The notes below the pieces were generated by a model. The model made no database searches. It saw nothing but the letters and a program-made list of their open reading frames with translations, and was not told where the DNA came from. This document shows, one piece after another, positions 8,767-18,439 of a stretch of DNA of 64,000 nucleotides; position 1 is the first letter of the stretch; each line of letters begins with the position of its first letter. A program made the position numbers and the translations under genes. This DNA comes from a virus. The stretch lies in IMG/VR virus record IMGVR_UViG_3300024346_000041, positions 1 to 64,000 of that record. One strand, written 5' to 3'.

Positions 8767-10758
8767 ATGGGATTCAAAGAATGGTTCAATGATCCAGCAT
8801 ACAGGGCTGGATATGGTAGCAAAAGCTACTGGAAGTCGTGGAACGACGATTTGTATGGTGGGTATGACTACAGTTCGTATACAAGCTACACGTCGACGGC
8901 TTTAGTTCAGAGCCCTCAGGATAAAGCTAAGAAAGTGTGCGAGGATGGCCTGCGCGCTATAGGCCGTTCGGCTAACGTCATTCTGAACTCAGGTGACGAA
9001 AACGAGAGGAAGCTCTCAGTTAAGTTTAGTGACGGTACTGATGTTAACACAATCAGTGACAATACTATTTACATAAGCCCTGACGACTTAGTCAAAGCAG
9101 ACGGCGGCGTTACAGAAGATGACGTTGTAGACAGTTTGTGCGGCCAAGTTATGATGGCAGCTCAACTCAAAAGGCAGATAGACAGCGATACTTATCAAGA
9201 GTTTACTCGAAGCGATGATATGGATGTCAAAGCAGTATGGTCGGCTATTGAGTTTGCCATAGCTCGCGGTGATATTATTAATGATTGGAGAGGCTTCAAA
9301 CCATACTTCGATAACTACTCGATAGCCAGTAGCGTAGTAACCTCAAAGGTTATTAAGCAACTGCTAAAGAGCCACGATGGTTCTAGCCCTGAAAGCAAAA
9401 CGTCTAGTAAGGCGTTTGTTAAAGGCCTAGCGTGGAACCTCTATCACAGTCACGACCCTATTAAAATCCCAGCCGTTTACAACGAAGGTAAAATGGCGAT
9501 AGCTGAAGGTCTAGCTAGCGTTAGAACTCCTAAGGATAGGTGGTACTTAGCAGAGGAGGTAGTTAAGCTTTTTAGAAAGCTATACGACGGAGCTCCTGAA
9601 GAAGAAGAGGAGACTGACCCATCTGAAGATATGGTCAACATACTAAGCAAAGAAGGGTTAATAGAAGAAGCCTCAAAGCCAGCTCCTGTTCTGCCAAAGA
9701 AAGGTGCTGATAAGTTCTCAGGAATAGACGAGAGTCTATTCGGTCTAGCCAAAGTGGGCAACTCTAGCTGTTTCGATGCTTCTTCAATAGATGCAATATC
9801 TGGTGATAAAACGTCAGAGTTGAAAGACACTATCTCTCCTCCAGGGGTTCCAATAGTTTGTGGTATCGGAGGTGGAGGTCTGTCAATCAAGGCTGTGTGG
9901 GTTCCTCCTGATAGCAAGAACGAGAACGCCAAGTACTTTGACGCTACTAGAATGCAAATGATAGAAGCGTTTACAGAAAGGCTTAGAGACTCGTTTAGCT
10001 TCAAGTCTAAGGAAGCATCCAAAAAGATATTTGGATACAACTCTGGTAGGCTGCACTCAAACAGCCTGTACAAGATAGGTATGGACTTAGACACAGTGTT
10101 TTACCGTAGAAGTCACTGTGACTCAGATAAGATAGCAATCTGCCTTCTTGTAGATCAATCTGGTTCTATGAAGAACGAGACCGGAAACAACTCGTCAAGG
10201 ATAAGGGAAGCCGCAGAGGTTGCCTATATTCTTGCCAAGCTGTGTAAAGGTATCAAAGACGTAGACCTAACTGTAGTAGGCTTCAGCGCTCAAGAGTCAT
10301 CTCGTGAAGCGCATAATATGGGCGTATGTTCTTCTGACGAGATGAACATGCGTCTCATATACGATGAGCTAGATGCTAGCGTACCACTTGATAACATCCT
10401 AAAGATGTGTGGTCACGGTAATAACCTTGATGGTTATTCTGTGTGGCATGCAGCTAAGCACTTGCAGGAGTCAAGGCCTGATTACAAACGTAAGGTTATG
10501 ATCGTCATCTCTGACGGTCAACCTAACGGCTCTAATTACGGAGGCGACTCTGCTCATGAGCATGTTAATATGTGTAGGAAAGACGCCAGAGCTAGATTTG
10601 GTGTCGAGACATACGCAATCGGAGTAGCTAACGCTTATCCTGCTGCGCTGGGAGACAAGATGTATGGCCCTGGTAATAACATCATCATCAGTGATGTTAA
10701 GTCCAGTATAGGCTATCTATCTAGGTTCTTGAATCAGCTTGCTGATTCTACCGAATAA
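8767..10758 (+). CDS. VWA domain protein (CobT/NorD-like), partner of the AAA ATPase
   Basis: MIDAS LLVDQSGSM, VVGFS, IVISDGQP, YAIGV; SGRL motif; directly follows the MoxR ATPase. Confidence 0.85.
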   Translation: MGFKEWFNDPAYRAGYGSKSYWKSWNDDLYGGYDYSSYTSYTSTALVQSPQDKAKKVCEDGLRAIGRSANVILNSGDENERKLSVKFSDGTDVNTISDNTIYISPDDLVKADGGVTEDDVVDSLCGQVMMAAQLKRQIDSDTYQEFTRSDDMDVKAVWSAIEFAIARGDIINDWRGFKPYFDNYSIASSVVTSKVIKQLLKSHDGSSPESKTSSKAFVKGLAWNLYHSHDPIKIPAVYNEGKMAIAEGLASVRTPKDRWYLAEEVVKLFRKLYDGAPEEEEETDPSEDMVNILSKEGLIEEASKPAPVLPKKGADKFSGIDESLFGLAKVGNSSCFDASSIDAISGDKTSELKDTISPPGVPIVCGIGGGGLSIKAVWVPPDSKNENAKYFDATRMQMIEAFTERLRDSFSFKSKEASKKIFGYNSGRLHSNSLYKIGMDLDTVFYRRSHCDSDKIAICLLVDQSGSMKNETGNNSSRIREAAEVAYILAKLCKGIKDVDLTVVGFSAQESSREAHNMGVCSSDEMNMRLIYDELDASVPLDNILKMCGHGNNLDGYSVWHAAKHLQESRPDYKRKVMIVISDGQPNGSNYGGDSAHEHVNMCRKDARARFGVETYAIGVANAYPAALGDKMYGPGNNIIISDVKSSIGYLSRFLNQLADSTE

Positions 10759-11866
10759 AGTCTTCGACTCTTACGACATCGAAAGATGCTTTCTTGTAGG
10801 CAGTCTTTACACCAAGGCTGTCTACAAGCTTATCAAATAAGCCTGCATCCTTCCTAGGAAGGGTTGTAAGCTCTTCTGCTAGTTTCTCAGAGTCCACCAA
10901 GAGGCCGCCGCTTGAAACCCTATCAGTGAATTCTTCACCGAAAACGCCCCTTAACTCATCTAGAGCTATAGATTCAAGTGCGGCCTTTTTATATACAGAT
11001 CCGTTAGTAAGCTGAACATGGCTGTCTAAAGCTTCTGAAGCTTTCTTAATAGACAACGAATACAGGTCGGAATAAGAACCTAGGGACTTAAGCTTATACT
11101 CTTTATCTACAGATTCTATAATTGAAGCTGCTTTATCTAAGTCAGCATCAGTTGATTCTAATACATGCTGAGCTGTCTTTGCTAGCATAGTTTGTATATC
11201 AGAGTCTTTCTTTAATGTCTTAAGAGCCTTAGCTCTGTCAAATAACATGCTGGCTGCTTTAGTTCTAGAAACTAAGCCATTAGCCGCTAACTTATTCAAA
11301 GTATCATCGTTGTCCAACTTGACTCCGTACTCTGAAGCTTTGTCTAATATCTTGCTAGATATAATCTTTCTGTCATGAAAGTTTATGTCTCCAGCAAACT
11401 TTTCAATCCAATCGGCTGCAGCTTTAACTTCGCCAGAGTTACGCAAAGGGTAGCTTCTAGACTTGTTACCGTCTTCAAAGTTAACTACCATAGCGAAGTC
11501 AGAGTCAGACAAGTCGTTCTCAGAATGTGCTCTGAGGGCTGCGTGCTTTTCTACAAGGCTGTCGACGTCTGCTCGGATTCCAAAGTAGTCAGCAGCTTTA
11601 AGTATTCGTGACTTGATTACAGAAGCCACCTTGCCAAGAGACTGTTCTTGGTCTAAAAAGTAAGACATTGAAACGTATGTTGCAGGCGAGCTGTGGCATG
11701 GGAACTTTAAAGTTCTAGTGTCGCCATAAACGTTAGGAGCTAGGTTGCCTCCTTGTCCTGTAATGTCCGACGTAGAAGCTGACTTAACAAACTCAGGAAC
11801 TTCGTAAAGCTTAGTCATACTATGCAACCCTACTCCAGCTCCATCATTAGATTGGTCTAAGATCAT
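10748..11866 (-). CDS. Hypothetical protein rich in K-x-A motifs (possible virion/head protein)
   Basis: ORF to 12004; GGAG RBS precedes ATG 11866; about 15 K-x-A/KAS motifs; two related FP/YPL segments. Confidence 0.7.
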   Translation of the reverse strand: MILDQSNDGAGVGLHSMTKLYEVPEFVKSASTSDITGQGGNLAPNVYGDTRTLKFPCHSSPATYVSMSYFLDQEQSLGKVASVIKSRILKAADYFGIRADVDSLVEKHAALRAHSENDLSDSDFAMVVNFEDGNKSRSYPLRNSGEVKAAADWIEKFAGDINFHDRKIISSKILDKASEYGVKLDNDDTLNKLAANGLVSRTKAASMLFDRAKALKTLKKDSDIQTMLAKTAQHVLESTDADLDKAASIIESVDKEYKLKSLGSYSDLYSLSIKKASEALDSHVQLTNGSVYKKAALESIALDELRGVFGEEFTDRVSSGGLLVDSEKLAEELTTLPRKDAGLFDKLVDSLGVKTAYKKASFDVVRVEDFIR

Positions 11867-14357
11867 GGCAAATACTCCGATTAGTTTAAACTTCCATGCC
11901 GGTGTTAGTTGGAACAAGGTGATGTCTATTCTAAACATCAAACCTAGTAGCAGCGCGCTACCAATTGAAATACCTTGCGCTTTCTGCCCAAGCAATCTTA
12001 CCATATATGACGATTACTCCACAACAGGACAATGGTTTTACTGCAAATCATGCCATAAGTCTGGAGACATGATAGAGCTTATGGCTGGAAAGCTTAAAAT
12101 AACTGTTAGTGAAGCCATTGCAGCGCTAGTAGCTAGCGGGGATATAGATGACTCGCCAGCTAATTACGGTAAAAAGGTACAAGACCTCTTAATACGAACA
12201 ATAGGCATGAGAGCCAAAGTACTTGAGTTATGGGAAAGGTGTAAAGAAAACAGCAAGAATATGCTACCAGACCACAGGGTCATAGCAGCTAAGATGGGGC
12301 TAAAAATAGGTCATAACTGGGAAACGCTAGGAAGCACTCTTGTAGGGTTTTGCAATAAGCTAGACGTAGATAAAGCCCTTACTATGTCAAACAACGGGCA
12401 TGACCACGTAAACCTAGGAAACAACCGAACATTTACAGGAGAAGGATGGGACGAGGTATGCGTAATACCAGCCTTTGACATGCCAGGAAGAATAAAGACG
12501 CTTGTACTAATAGGAAACCTTGCTAGTCCAGAACTAAGAGTAGTGTGCAGGCACATCTCTTATAAGCTGTGGGGACCACACGACAATGAGTGCGGAATGC
12601 TATTCCTTGAAGAAGCATTAAGATCAAACCATACTAACATAGTTGTAAGCGGAGACATGGTAGACACTGTAAGACTCGCCTTAGACTATGTAGACAGGCA
12701 CAACAGTTTTCCACCTATACTAGCCATACCTGAAGACGAAGCAAGGCTGTCGGATGCATGGAGAGCGCTAAGCTCTGAAAACAAAATTATTACAGTAGTA
12801 GGTGAAAAAGCTGAAACACTGTCAGCGTCAAGCTCTGCGATAAGAATAGCTCAAAACCCAGGGTCTTGGGAGGCTGGATGGATGGGACCCTCAAAGTGGA
12901 TAGCTAAAGTACATGCAGCTGGCGTTGTTAAAAAGAAAGTGGAGACGTCTCCACTGGATGTAGGTTGGGCAAGAGTAACTTACAACGGAGTTAGTTACGA
13001 AGAAAGACCAGACGGAATATACTGCAAAGAAAAGCTAATGTGCGATGCTATTCTTAAAATAGACAAGATAGCCATAGAAGGTTCTAAGAACTACTACACA
13101 GGAAGAATAAAATGTGGAGGCTTAGAAGCTCCGTTTAAAACTAACATGACTGCTATAGACCAGGCATTCTCAAAGTGGATTAAGGCATTCTGTATTAAAA
13201 ACGATATGCAACTGCCAGTATGTAACAATGGGTACGCTAAAGTCGCAGCAAAGATAGCTCTGCTTTCTAAACCTCCTGATAGAGAAGTACTTACCGCTGT
13301 AGCAGCAGAGAGGCAAGACATAGAATACAACTTCTGCAAGTTTGAAATAAACTCAAAAGGTGAAGTAATAGACATAAACACCTATAGAAAGCTTAACGGA
13401 ACTGAATGCTTTATTAACGAGCCTATGACAGCATTTGAAAAAGGAGCCCTGTCAGACGAGAAGTCTGCTCTAGTATGGGCTGTAATAATACCTTGCATGG
13501 CTAACGCAATAGCCAGCAAGATAGGCTTAGCTACGGTAGGAATAGGGGTAGACCCAGAATCTTTTGAAGATATTAAATTTATTGGAAATAAACTTGGATG
13601 CTATACGAATAAACTTACAGGACCAGTATTCACCAAGTCAGTCATATCTACTACATTATCTGACGAGACTAAAAGCACATTACCTGTAGTAATAGCTCCA
13701 GATAAACCAGACGCTCCTATTCAAAGGCTTGGAGTAGAAAAAGCTTCAGGGGCTAGAAACTGCATAATTCCAATGGACTACATGGCCCTACTTGGTTGCA
13801 GGACCATATCTAGATGGGTATACCTAAAGCCAAGCGCCGTAGAGATAACCAGAGACACTGAATCAGCTTTAAACAAGCTTGCGCTAAGCTTTCTATCTTG
13901 GATGGCAAAAAGCGGTTACAAGACGGCAGGGTTCGATTTAATACACAAAACAGTTAATGCTTTAGAAGAGTGGTGCAACGCAAACAAGATAGCCACTAGC
14001 GGTTTAATCATGGGAGCTACCATGATAGATTCAGACCTGTCAAACAGCCTAAACAAGTCGATAACAAACTCGTTCACTGCTCTGTGTGGTAAATTTAGCA
14101 ATATGGGTTACTTTGAAAAGTCATGTAAGCGTAAGTCAACAAGAGTGGTTAAGTTTGGAGAATCTATGTGGGTAGAGTGCAGAGAGCTATTTAATGCATG
14201 TAAAGCTCACAACGTACCTCTACTTGAACCAAGCAGGCTAGCTCAAGCACTGTTAGCTACAAAAACAATACTAGACTACGCTAACAATCCAGACACAAGA
14301 ATACCTTGCTGGGTGATAGACCCAATTATCTGGGATGAGTGGTCTACCAAGCTTTAG
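11865..14357 (+). CDS. Large protein with N-terminal primase-type zinc finger (CHC2-like)
   Basis: CAFC...FYCKSCHKSGDMIELMA resembles the DnaG zinc-binding domain; no clear TOPRIM DxD. Confidence 0.6.
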   Translation: MANTPISLNFHAGVSWNKVMSILNIKPSSSALPIEIPCAFCPSNLTIYDDYSTTGQWFYCKSCHKSGDMIELMAGKLKITVSEAIAALVASGDIDDSPANYGKKVQDLLIRTIGMRAKVLELWERCKENSKNMLPDHRVIAAKMGLKIGHNWETLGSTLVGFCNKLDVDKALTMSNNGHDHVNLGNNRTFTGEGWDEVCVIPAFDMPGRIKTLVLIGNLASPELRVVCRHISYKLWGPHDNECGMLFLEEALRSNHTNIVVSGDMVDTVRLALDYVDRHNSFPPILAIPEDEARLSDAWRALSSENKIITVVGEKAETLSASSSAIRIAQNPGSWEAGWMGPSKWIAKVHAAGVVKKKVETSPLDVGWARVTYNGVSYEERPDGIYCKEKLMCDAILKIDKIAIEGSKNYYTGRIKCGGLEAPFKTNMTAIDQAFSKWIKAFCIKNDMQLPVCNNGYAKVAAKIALLSKPPDREVLTAVAAERQDIEYNFCKFEINSKGEVIDINTYRKLNGTECFINEPMTAFEKGALSDEKSALVWAVIIPCMANAIASKIGLATVGIGVDPESFEDIKFIGNKLGCYTNKLTGPVFTKSVISTTLSDETKSTLPVVIAPDKPDAPIQRLGVEKASGARNCIIPMDYMALLGCRTISRWVYLKPSAVEITRDTESALNKLALSFLSWMAKSGYKTAGFDLIHKTVNALEEWCNANKIATSGLIMGATMIDSDLSNSLNKSITNSFTALCGKFSNMGYFEKSCKRKSTRVVKFGESMWVECRELFNACKAHNVPLLEPSRLAQALLATKTILDYANNPDTRIPCWVIDPIIWDEWSTKL
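12938..12955. repeat. Dispersed palindrome copy 2: AGTGGAGACGTCTCCACT (18 bp)
   Basis: Perfect palindrome inside a CDS (KVETSPL). Confidence 0.95.
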
Positions 14358-16219
14358 GTGTTCCAGCCTGACATTCCTGATTCCATAGACTGCTCTCTAG
14401 TAACAGAGTACTTGTCCGTCTTAAAGTCAGGCCACCTTCCTGTCATGTGCCATAAACACAAAGCTCCAATGTTGACTGACTGGGCAAAGTCATCAGACAT
14501 GGCTGGGTTTCTCTGAATAGTGTAAATATCAGATCCAGCAGCTGTAGTTGTCTTGTTCTCGATTAAGGCTAAAAAGTCTTGAATAAGGCCAGGGTCTTCA
14601 GAGCTAACGTAATCGTAAGCAAAAAATCTTATCTTCTTAGTTCTAATAGCAGAGCACGTAGTAAGCAGGCTTCTAGTTTTATCAGCTCTGTAGTAAGGCC
14701 TAGGGTGAGTTGGAGAAGCCGGAACGTATGTAAACATACCTTTGCTAGCGGCCCTAACGTACTGCACCGGAAGAAGACTAGACGGCGATATACCCGACTG
14801 AACAAGAACTGTTTCTCTGACTACACCTGCTCCTGAGAAGTCATGAGTTATAAACTCGCATTTGTACATTCTGTAGATCTTTAGGCACTCTGCAGCTTCA
14901 GCCATGTGATCATGAGGTGTAAGCAGACGCTTAGCCCATATAACCTCTATTAGTCCAGTAGCTGTTATTCCCATTACAGCAAGAACGGTCAAGCTTACGC
15001 CCTTCTCACCGCCGCCACCCCAGTCAACTGCTAGTACTCGATGTGCATACTTTTTAAGCATGTCGTCTTTGCAATTAGTTGATGGGTCTCTAGGGTTGTT
15101 TTTAAGGTCTGGATTTGAAGCTGCTTGTAGTTCAAGCATGGACACAAGCTGTAAGCCTGCTCCAGAGCTTTCACCTAGTACTTCGTTTAAGAACTTCTCA
15201 TGCGTATAGTTTCCCATCCCTTCTCTCTTTGCATTCAACTCAGCCCACTTATCAGGTCGTGAGTAGTGAATATGCATAATTGGTTGCGGAATATGATAAC
15301 CAGCGTAGTTTAACCTTCTTTCAGGGTGTTTGTGAATCCATCTTCCATTTCTAGGATGAATAATAGCGAAGCATTTAGCACAGACTGTGCCGGGACGCTC
15401 TTCGCATATGTCAGCCCTAACCGGGCCAATCATGGCAATAAGGTCATGGTTAACAGATGAAACATTTAGATACTTGCAGGCGCTACAGGTTATACACCAC
15501 TCAGCCTGTGAAGATGACAGCCATTCTCTTTCAATGGTGTTATCAAGTGTCTTAGGGGTTCCAGCTAACTTCATAGTACCCCATTCGCTAGCTGACATGG
15601 TTTCACGGATAACTGGTATATGGTCACCATCCATATCCTGAACTTCGTCAATAACCACTTGATCAGCACGAATACCACGCACTCGGTCGGCGTCGAGTAA
15701 GGCAAACGAGAACTGCATCATGCTGTTGTTGCGAAAGCTTCGCTGCAAAACGCTGTTCTCTGTCTCTGGGCCTATCAATACTGATTTAACCGGAGACTGC
15801 TCTATAAAAGGGCGAACGTAGTTACTGGATAGGCGGCGCACCTGTTCAAACAAAGGAGTAATATAAAGGTTTCTAAAGTAAGGTATAGTGGCACAAGTTA
15901 TAACTCCATGCGCCGAGATAACCGTGCTTTTACCAACCTGACGCCCAGTCTTCAATATGGTGCGCCTAGGCATATAAACATTGAAGAGTGACTCAAATTG
16001 ATAGTGCTTTTCTAAGCTGTAAGGTTTACCATCGAGATTGAGTATTGCTGGTAGAATACAGGATAGGTTGGGAATACCTCCCTGTTTTATTCTGGCTACT
16101 ACTTCGTCTAGGCTCTTTTGGCTTTTAGAGGCTTTATCTGTTGGGTTTGGAGTACTAATCATGTTATACAGAATCTCTGAGAGGGTAGAGGACGAGTATG
16201 GTTCTGACGGATACAGCAT
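14354..16219 (-). CDS. terL: Terminase large subunit
   Basis: Walker A GRQVGKS, RVRGI, Walker B VVIDEVQD, coupling GTPKT, FLNEVLG, nuclease LAVDWG and C-terminal DDFAQS; true start may be 16162. Confidence 0.85.
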   Translation of the reverse strand: MLYPSEPYSSSTLSEILYNMISTPNPTDKASKSQKSLDEVVARIKQGGIPNLSCILPAILNLDGKPYSLEKHYQFESLFNVYMPRRTILKTGRQVGKSTVISAHGVITCATIPYFRNLYITPLFEQVRRLSSNYVRPFIEQSPVKSVLIGPETENSVLQRSFRNNSMMQFSFALLDADRVRGIRADQVVIDEVQDMDGDHIPVIRETMSASEWGTMKLAGTPKTLDNTIEREWLSSSQAEWCITCSACKYLNVSSVNHDLIAMIGPVRADICEERPGTVCAKCFAIIHPRNGRWIHKHPERRLNYAGYHIPQPIMHIHYSRPDKWAELNAKREGMGNYTHEKFLNEVLGESSGAGLQLVSMLELQAASNPDLKNNPRDPSTNCKDDMLKKYAHRVLAVDWGGGGEKGVSLTVLAVMGITATGLIEVIWAKRLLTPHDHMAEAAECLKIYRMYKCEFITHDFSGAGVVRETVLVQSGISPSSLLPVQYVRAASKGMFTYVPASPTHPRPYYRADKTRSLLTTCSAIRTKKIRFFAYDYVSSEDPGLIQDFLALIENKTTTAAGSDIYTIQRNPAMSDDFAQSVNIGALCLWHMTGRWPDFKTDKYSVTREQSMESGMSGWNT

Positions 16220-16295
16220 GGCTGATTCAATGGAGCCGATAGGCCTAGCCTGTCTTATAGCTCTATTGATGGTCTTAGCCTTCGCTGGATTCTAG
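16161..16295 (+). CDS. Small membrane-anchored peptide
   Basis: GGAG RBS before ATG 16161; hydrophobic C-terminus IGLACLIALLMVLAFAGF. Confidence 0.45.
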   Translation: MLYRISERVEDEYGSDGYSMADSMEPIGLACLIALLMVLAFAGF

Positions 16296-16350
16296 CCTTG
16301 TAAGCCCGTTAGGTACATACACTTACTTTAAAAAAAGAGGTAAAGTTTCA

Positions 16351-16560
16351 ATGGCAAACCGTTCACCTAAGAGGTTTTTAGAGCGTTCAGGATTGATTTC
16401 AACCCAAAGACTGCCAGCTAGTAGACTGGCACTTGGAAACTTAGCTTCCATGAATTATCCACTTAAGCCTCCTTACGATATAGAGCACAATCGACCTAAT
16501 GAAGGGTCGCCGCCTCCTGATAGAGGTATATCACGTGAATGGCCCTATGGAACTCTATAA
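16351..16560 (+). CDS. Hypothetical protein
   Basis: GAGG RBS; 69-aa ORF. Confidence 0.55.
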   Translation: MANRSPKRFLERSGLISTQRLPASRLALGNLASMNYPLKPPYDIEHNRPNEGSPPPDRGISREWPYGTL

Positions 16561-16856
16561 TAATAATGAGCTATAGATTGTACACTCCTGAAGACGATAA
16601 GGTAACAATAAGCTTTTGGGTAATAGCTGGCGGCCTAGTAGCTGCAGCTGCTCTAAAGTCTATGATTCCTATTTGTTTTAGCTTTGTTCTTTGTTACATA
16701 TTTTTACGAACCGATAGTAATATCAATGAGGGTAAGCCTTTCTGGGCGCCAGGGAAGTTTACTCGCCATCTTGACAGCTCCTATATAAGACTAACAAAAG
16801 GTCGATATAACGGTAGCGGCTATCATCGTAAGAGGAGATCTAAGAACAGGTATTAA
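16539..16856 (+). CDS. Hypothetical membrane protein
   Basis: Two hydrophobic segments; probable start about 16566. Confidence 0.6.
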   Translation: MALWNSIIIMSYRLYTPEDDKVTISFWVIAGGLVAAAALKSMIPICFSFVLCYIFLRTDSNINEGKPFWAPGKFTRHLDSSYIRLTKGRYNGSGYHRKRRSKNRY

Positions 16857-16922
16857 GGAGGACAGACCGATTCCAGCAATAAAGGATCGGTCTGTTATTT
16901 TACTAATCAAGGAAGTCCAAGC

Positions 16923-17495
16923 ATGAAGCTTGTAATAGTAGGATGTGGAAGAAGTGGAACGTCCGCTGTACACTCACAACTAAAAGCTGCTGGGTTCAAA
17001 ATAGGTCATGAAGTTTTACAGGAAGACGGAGGAATAGGTTGGCCTATGCTAATGAGTAGGCTCAAAAACATATGGCAGCCTTTAAACCCTACTGTGCTTC
17101 ATCAAGTTAGAGAGCCCTGGTCGGCTATATCTAGCCTAACCACTCACAAAATGTCTTTATGGAAAGCTGTGTCAAAAGAATCAGCTGGTTTATTAGAAAT
17201 AAAAAATAGCGCTCTAAGGGCAGCTATGTTTTGGATAAATTGGAACAAGCTGTGTATGCAGCTAACTGACAAGTTTTATAGAGTTGAGGACCTTAGGTCA
17301 AGCAGCAGCGAAGGTTACTACTTGCTTACAAGCGCATTAGCAATAAACAAACTACCTAAACCTACAAAAGTAAATTCAAGAAAGCATGCAAAATTAAAAA
17401 GAAACGACTTTGAAAAGTGGCCAAAAGTAGTAGAAGAAATAGATAATATGTCTCACTTATTTGGGTATTCTAGACTTGATAATTACTCTATATAG
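16923..17495 (+). CDS. Sulfotransferase-like protein
   Basis: VIVGCGRSGTS (5'-PSB-like), HQVREPWSAISS (3'-PB-like), YRVEDL, FGY. Confidence 0.65.
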   Translation: MKLVIVGCGRSGTSAVHSQLKAAGFKIGHEVLQEDGGIGWPMLMSRLKNIWQPLNPTVLHQVREPWSAISSLTTHKMSLWKAVSKESAGLLEIKNSALRAAMFWINWNKLCMQLTDKFYRVEDLRSSSSEGYYLLTSALAINKLPKPTKVNSRKHAKLKRNDFEKWPKVVEEIDNMSHLFGYSRLDNYSI

Positions 17496-17508
17496 CAAGG
17501 AGGCTAGA

Positions 17509-17838
17509 TTGATAGAAGCAATTATAACAACTTTAATAGTTGCATTAGCAAGCAAAGGAACTTTAGATGCTTGGTTTGATGGCACTATATTCTCTACAGC
17601 TAGAGCTCACGCTGAAGCTTGGAGAGAATCTAAATCAGCATACACATCATTGGCTGGAGAACTTTTATCTTGCCGATTTTGTCTTGGATACCACGTATCA
17701 TTTTGGATTACAGTTTTATGTTGCTTTAATGGCCTCAGCTTTATACTGTTACTGCCTGTGTGGTTGGCAAGTAGAGCTATTGAGCATGAATTAGAACTAG
17801 AGCTTAGGAGACGTAATGAGCGAAGAGATAATGATTAA
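17509..17838 (+). CDS. Membrane protein (DUF1360-like)
   Basis: GELLSCRFCLGYHVS motif, hydrophobic helices; AAGGAGG before TTG 17509. Confidence 0.6.
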   Translation: MIEAIITTLIVALASKGTLDAWFDGTIFSTARAHAEAWRESKSAYTSLAGELLSCRFCLGYHVSFWITVLCCFNGLSFILLLPVWLASRAIEHELELELRRRNERRDND

Positions 17839-18214
17839 ACAGTCGGAAGCAGTAAAAACAGTAAAGCTTAGACACGAAGAAGCTACTGATAGGTTTACTG
17901 AAGTTATAAATGAAGTGCTTGAAAACATTCCTGAAGTTAGATCTGTAGCTTTAGTAATAGACTGGTCAGTAGGGCAGGAACTATTTCCTTACGGAATAAT
18001 GATAGGAAGACGCGGGTCAGTAAATAGGCCTGATGAGCTTTATAGCTTGATGATACAAACAGCCAAGCTAGTAAGACACCAGTCCGATGTAATGGCCGGT
18101 ATATTGGCAGGGATGGATAAACTTGCTAGCGATTTAGCTTCGCAAATAACTAAACTTAAGAAAGAGCTAAATAACTCAGAAGCCCAACTAGAAGCTATGA
18201 AAGGCAAAGTTTAA
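17816..18214 (+). CDS. Hypothetical protein, C-terminal coiled coil
   Basis: AGGAG RBS; 132-aa ORF. Confidence 0.7.
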   Translation: MSEEIMIKQSEAVKTVKLRHEEATDRFTEVINEVLENIPEVRSVALVIDWSVGQELFPYGIMIGRRGSVNRPDELYSLMIQTAKLVRHQSDVMAGILAGMDKLASDLASQITKLKKELNNSEAQLEAMKGKV

Positions 18215-18215
18215 T

Positions 18216-18428
18216 ATGAAAAAAAGCAGGCAATTAAAGGCGGAAAGGGTTATACTACTTAGTAGCAGAAGGATGGCCTCTAGAATATTTAAGGTACAAC
18301 CAAGGGCCATGCCACTAAGCAAATTTAACGAAGACTTCTGTGAAAGGGTACGAGAGTTGTATGAAAGAAAATTCAAGATACCGGACAGGCTTGTAAGAGC
18401 CTACGACCTTGCAAGCCTAGTCCGGTAA
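18216..18428 (+). CDS. Hypothetical basic protein
   Basis: Abuts the previous gene. Confidence 0.55.
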   Translation: MKKSRQLKAERVILLSSRRMASRIFKVQPRAMPLSKFNEDFCERVRELYERKFKIPDRLVRAYDLASLVR

Positions 18429-18439
18429 GGAAGTGAGGC

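Noticed and set aside
9477-10094. Long antisense ORFs (e.g. 9477..10094, 2133..2627, 22055..22624, 576..977)
   Set aside because: They lie largely or wholly opposite well-supported + strand genes and show no recognisable motifs; treated as shadow ORFs.
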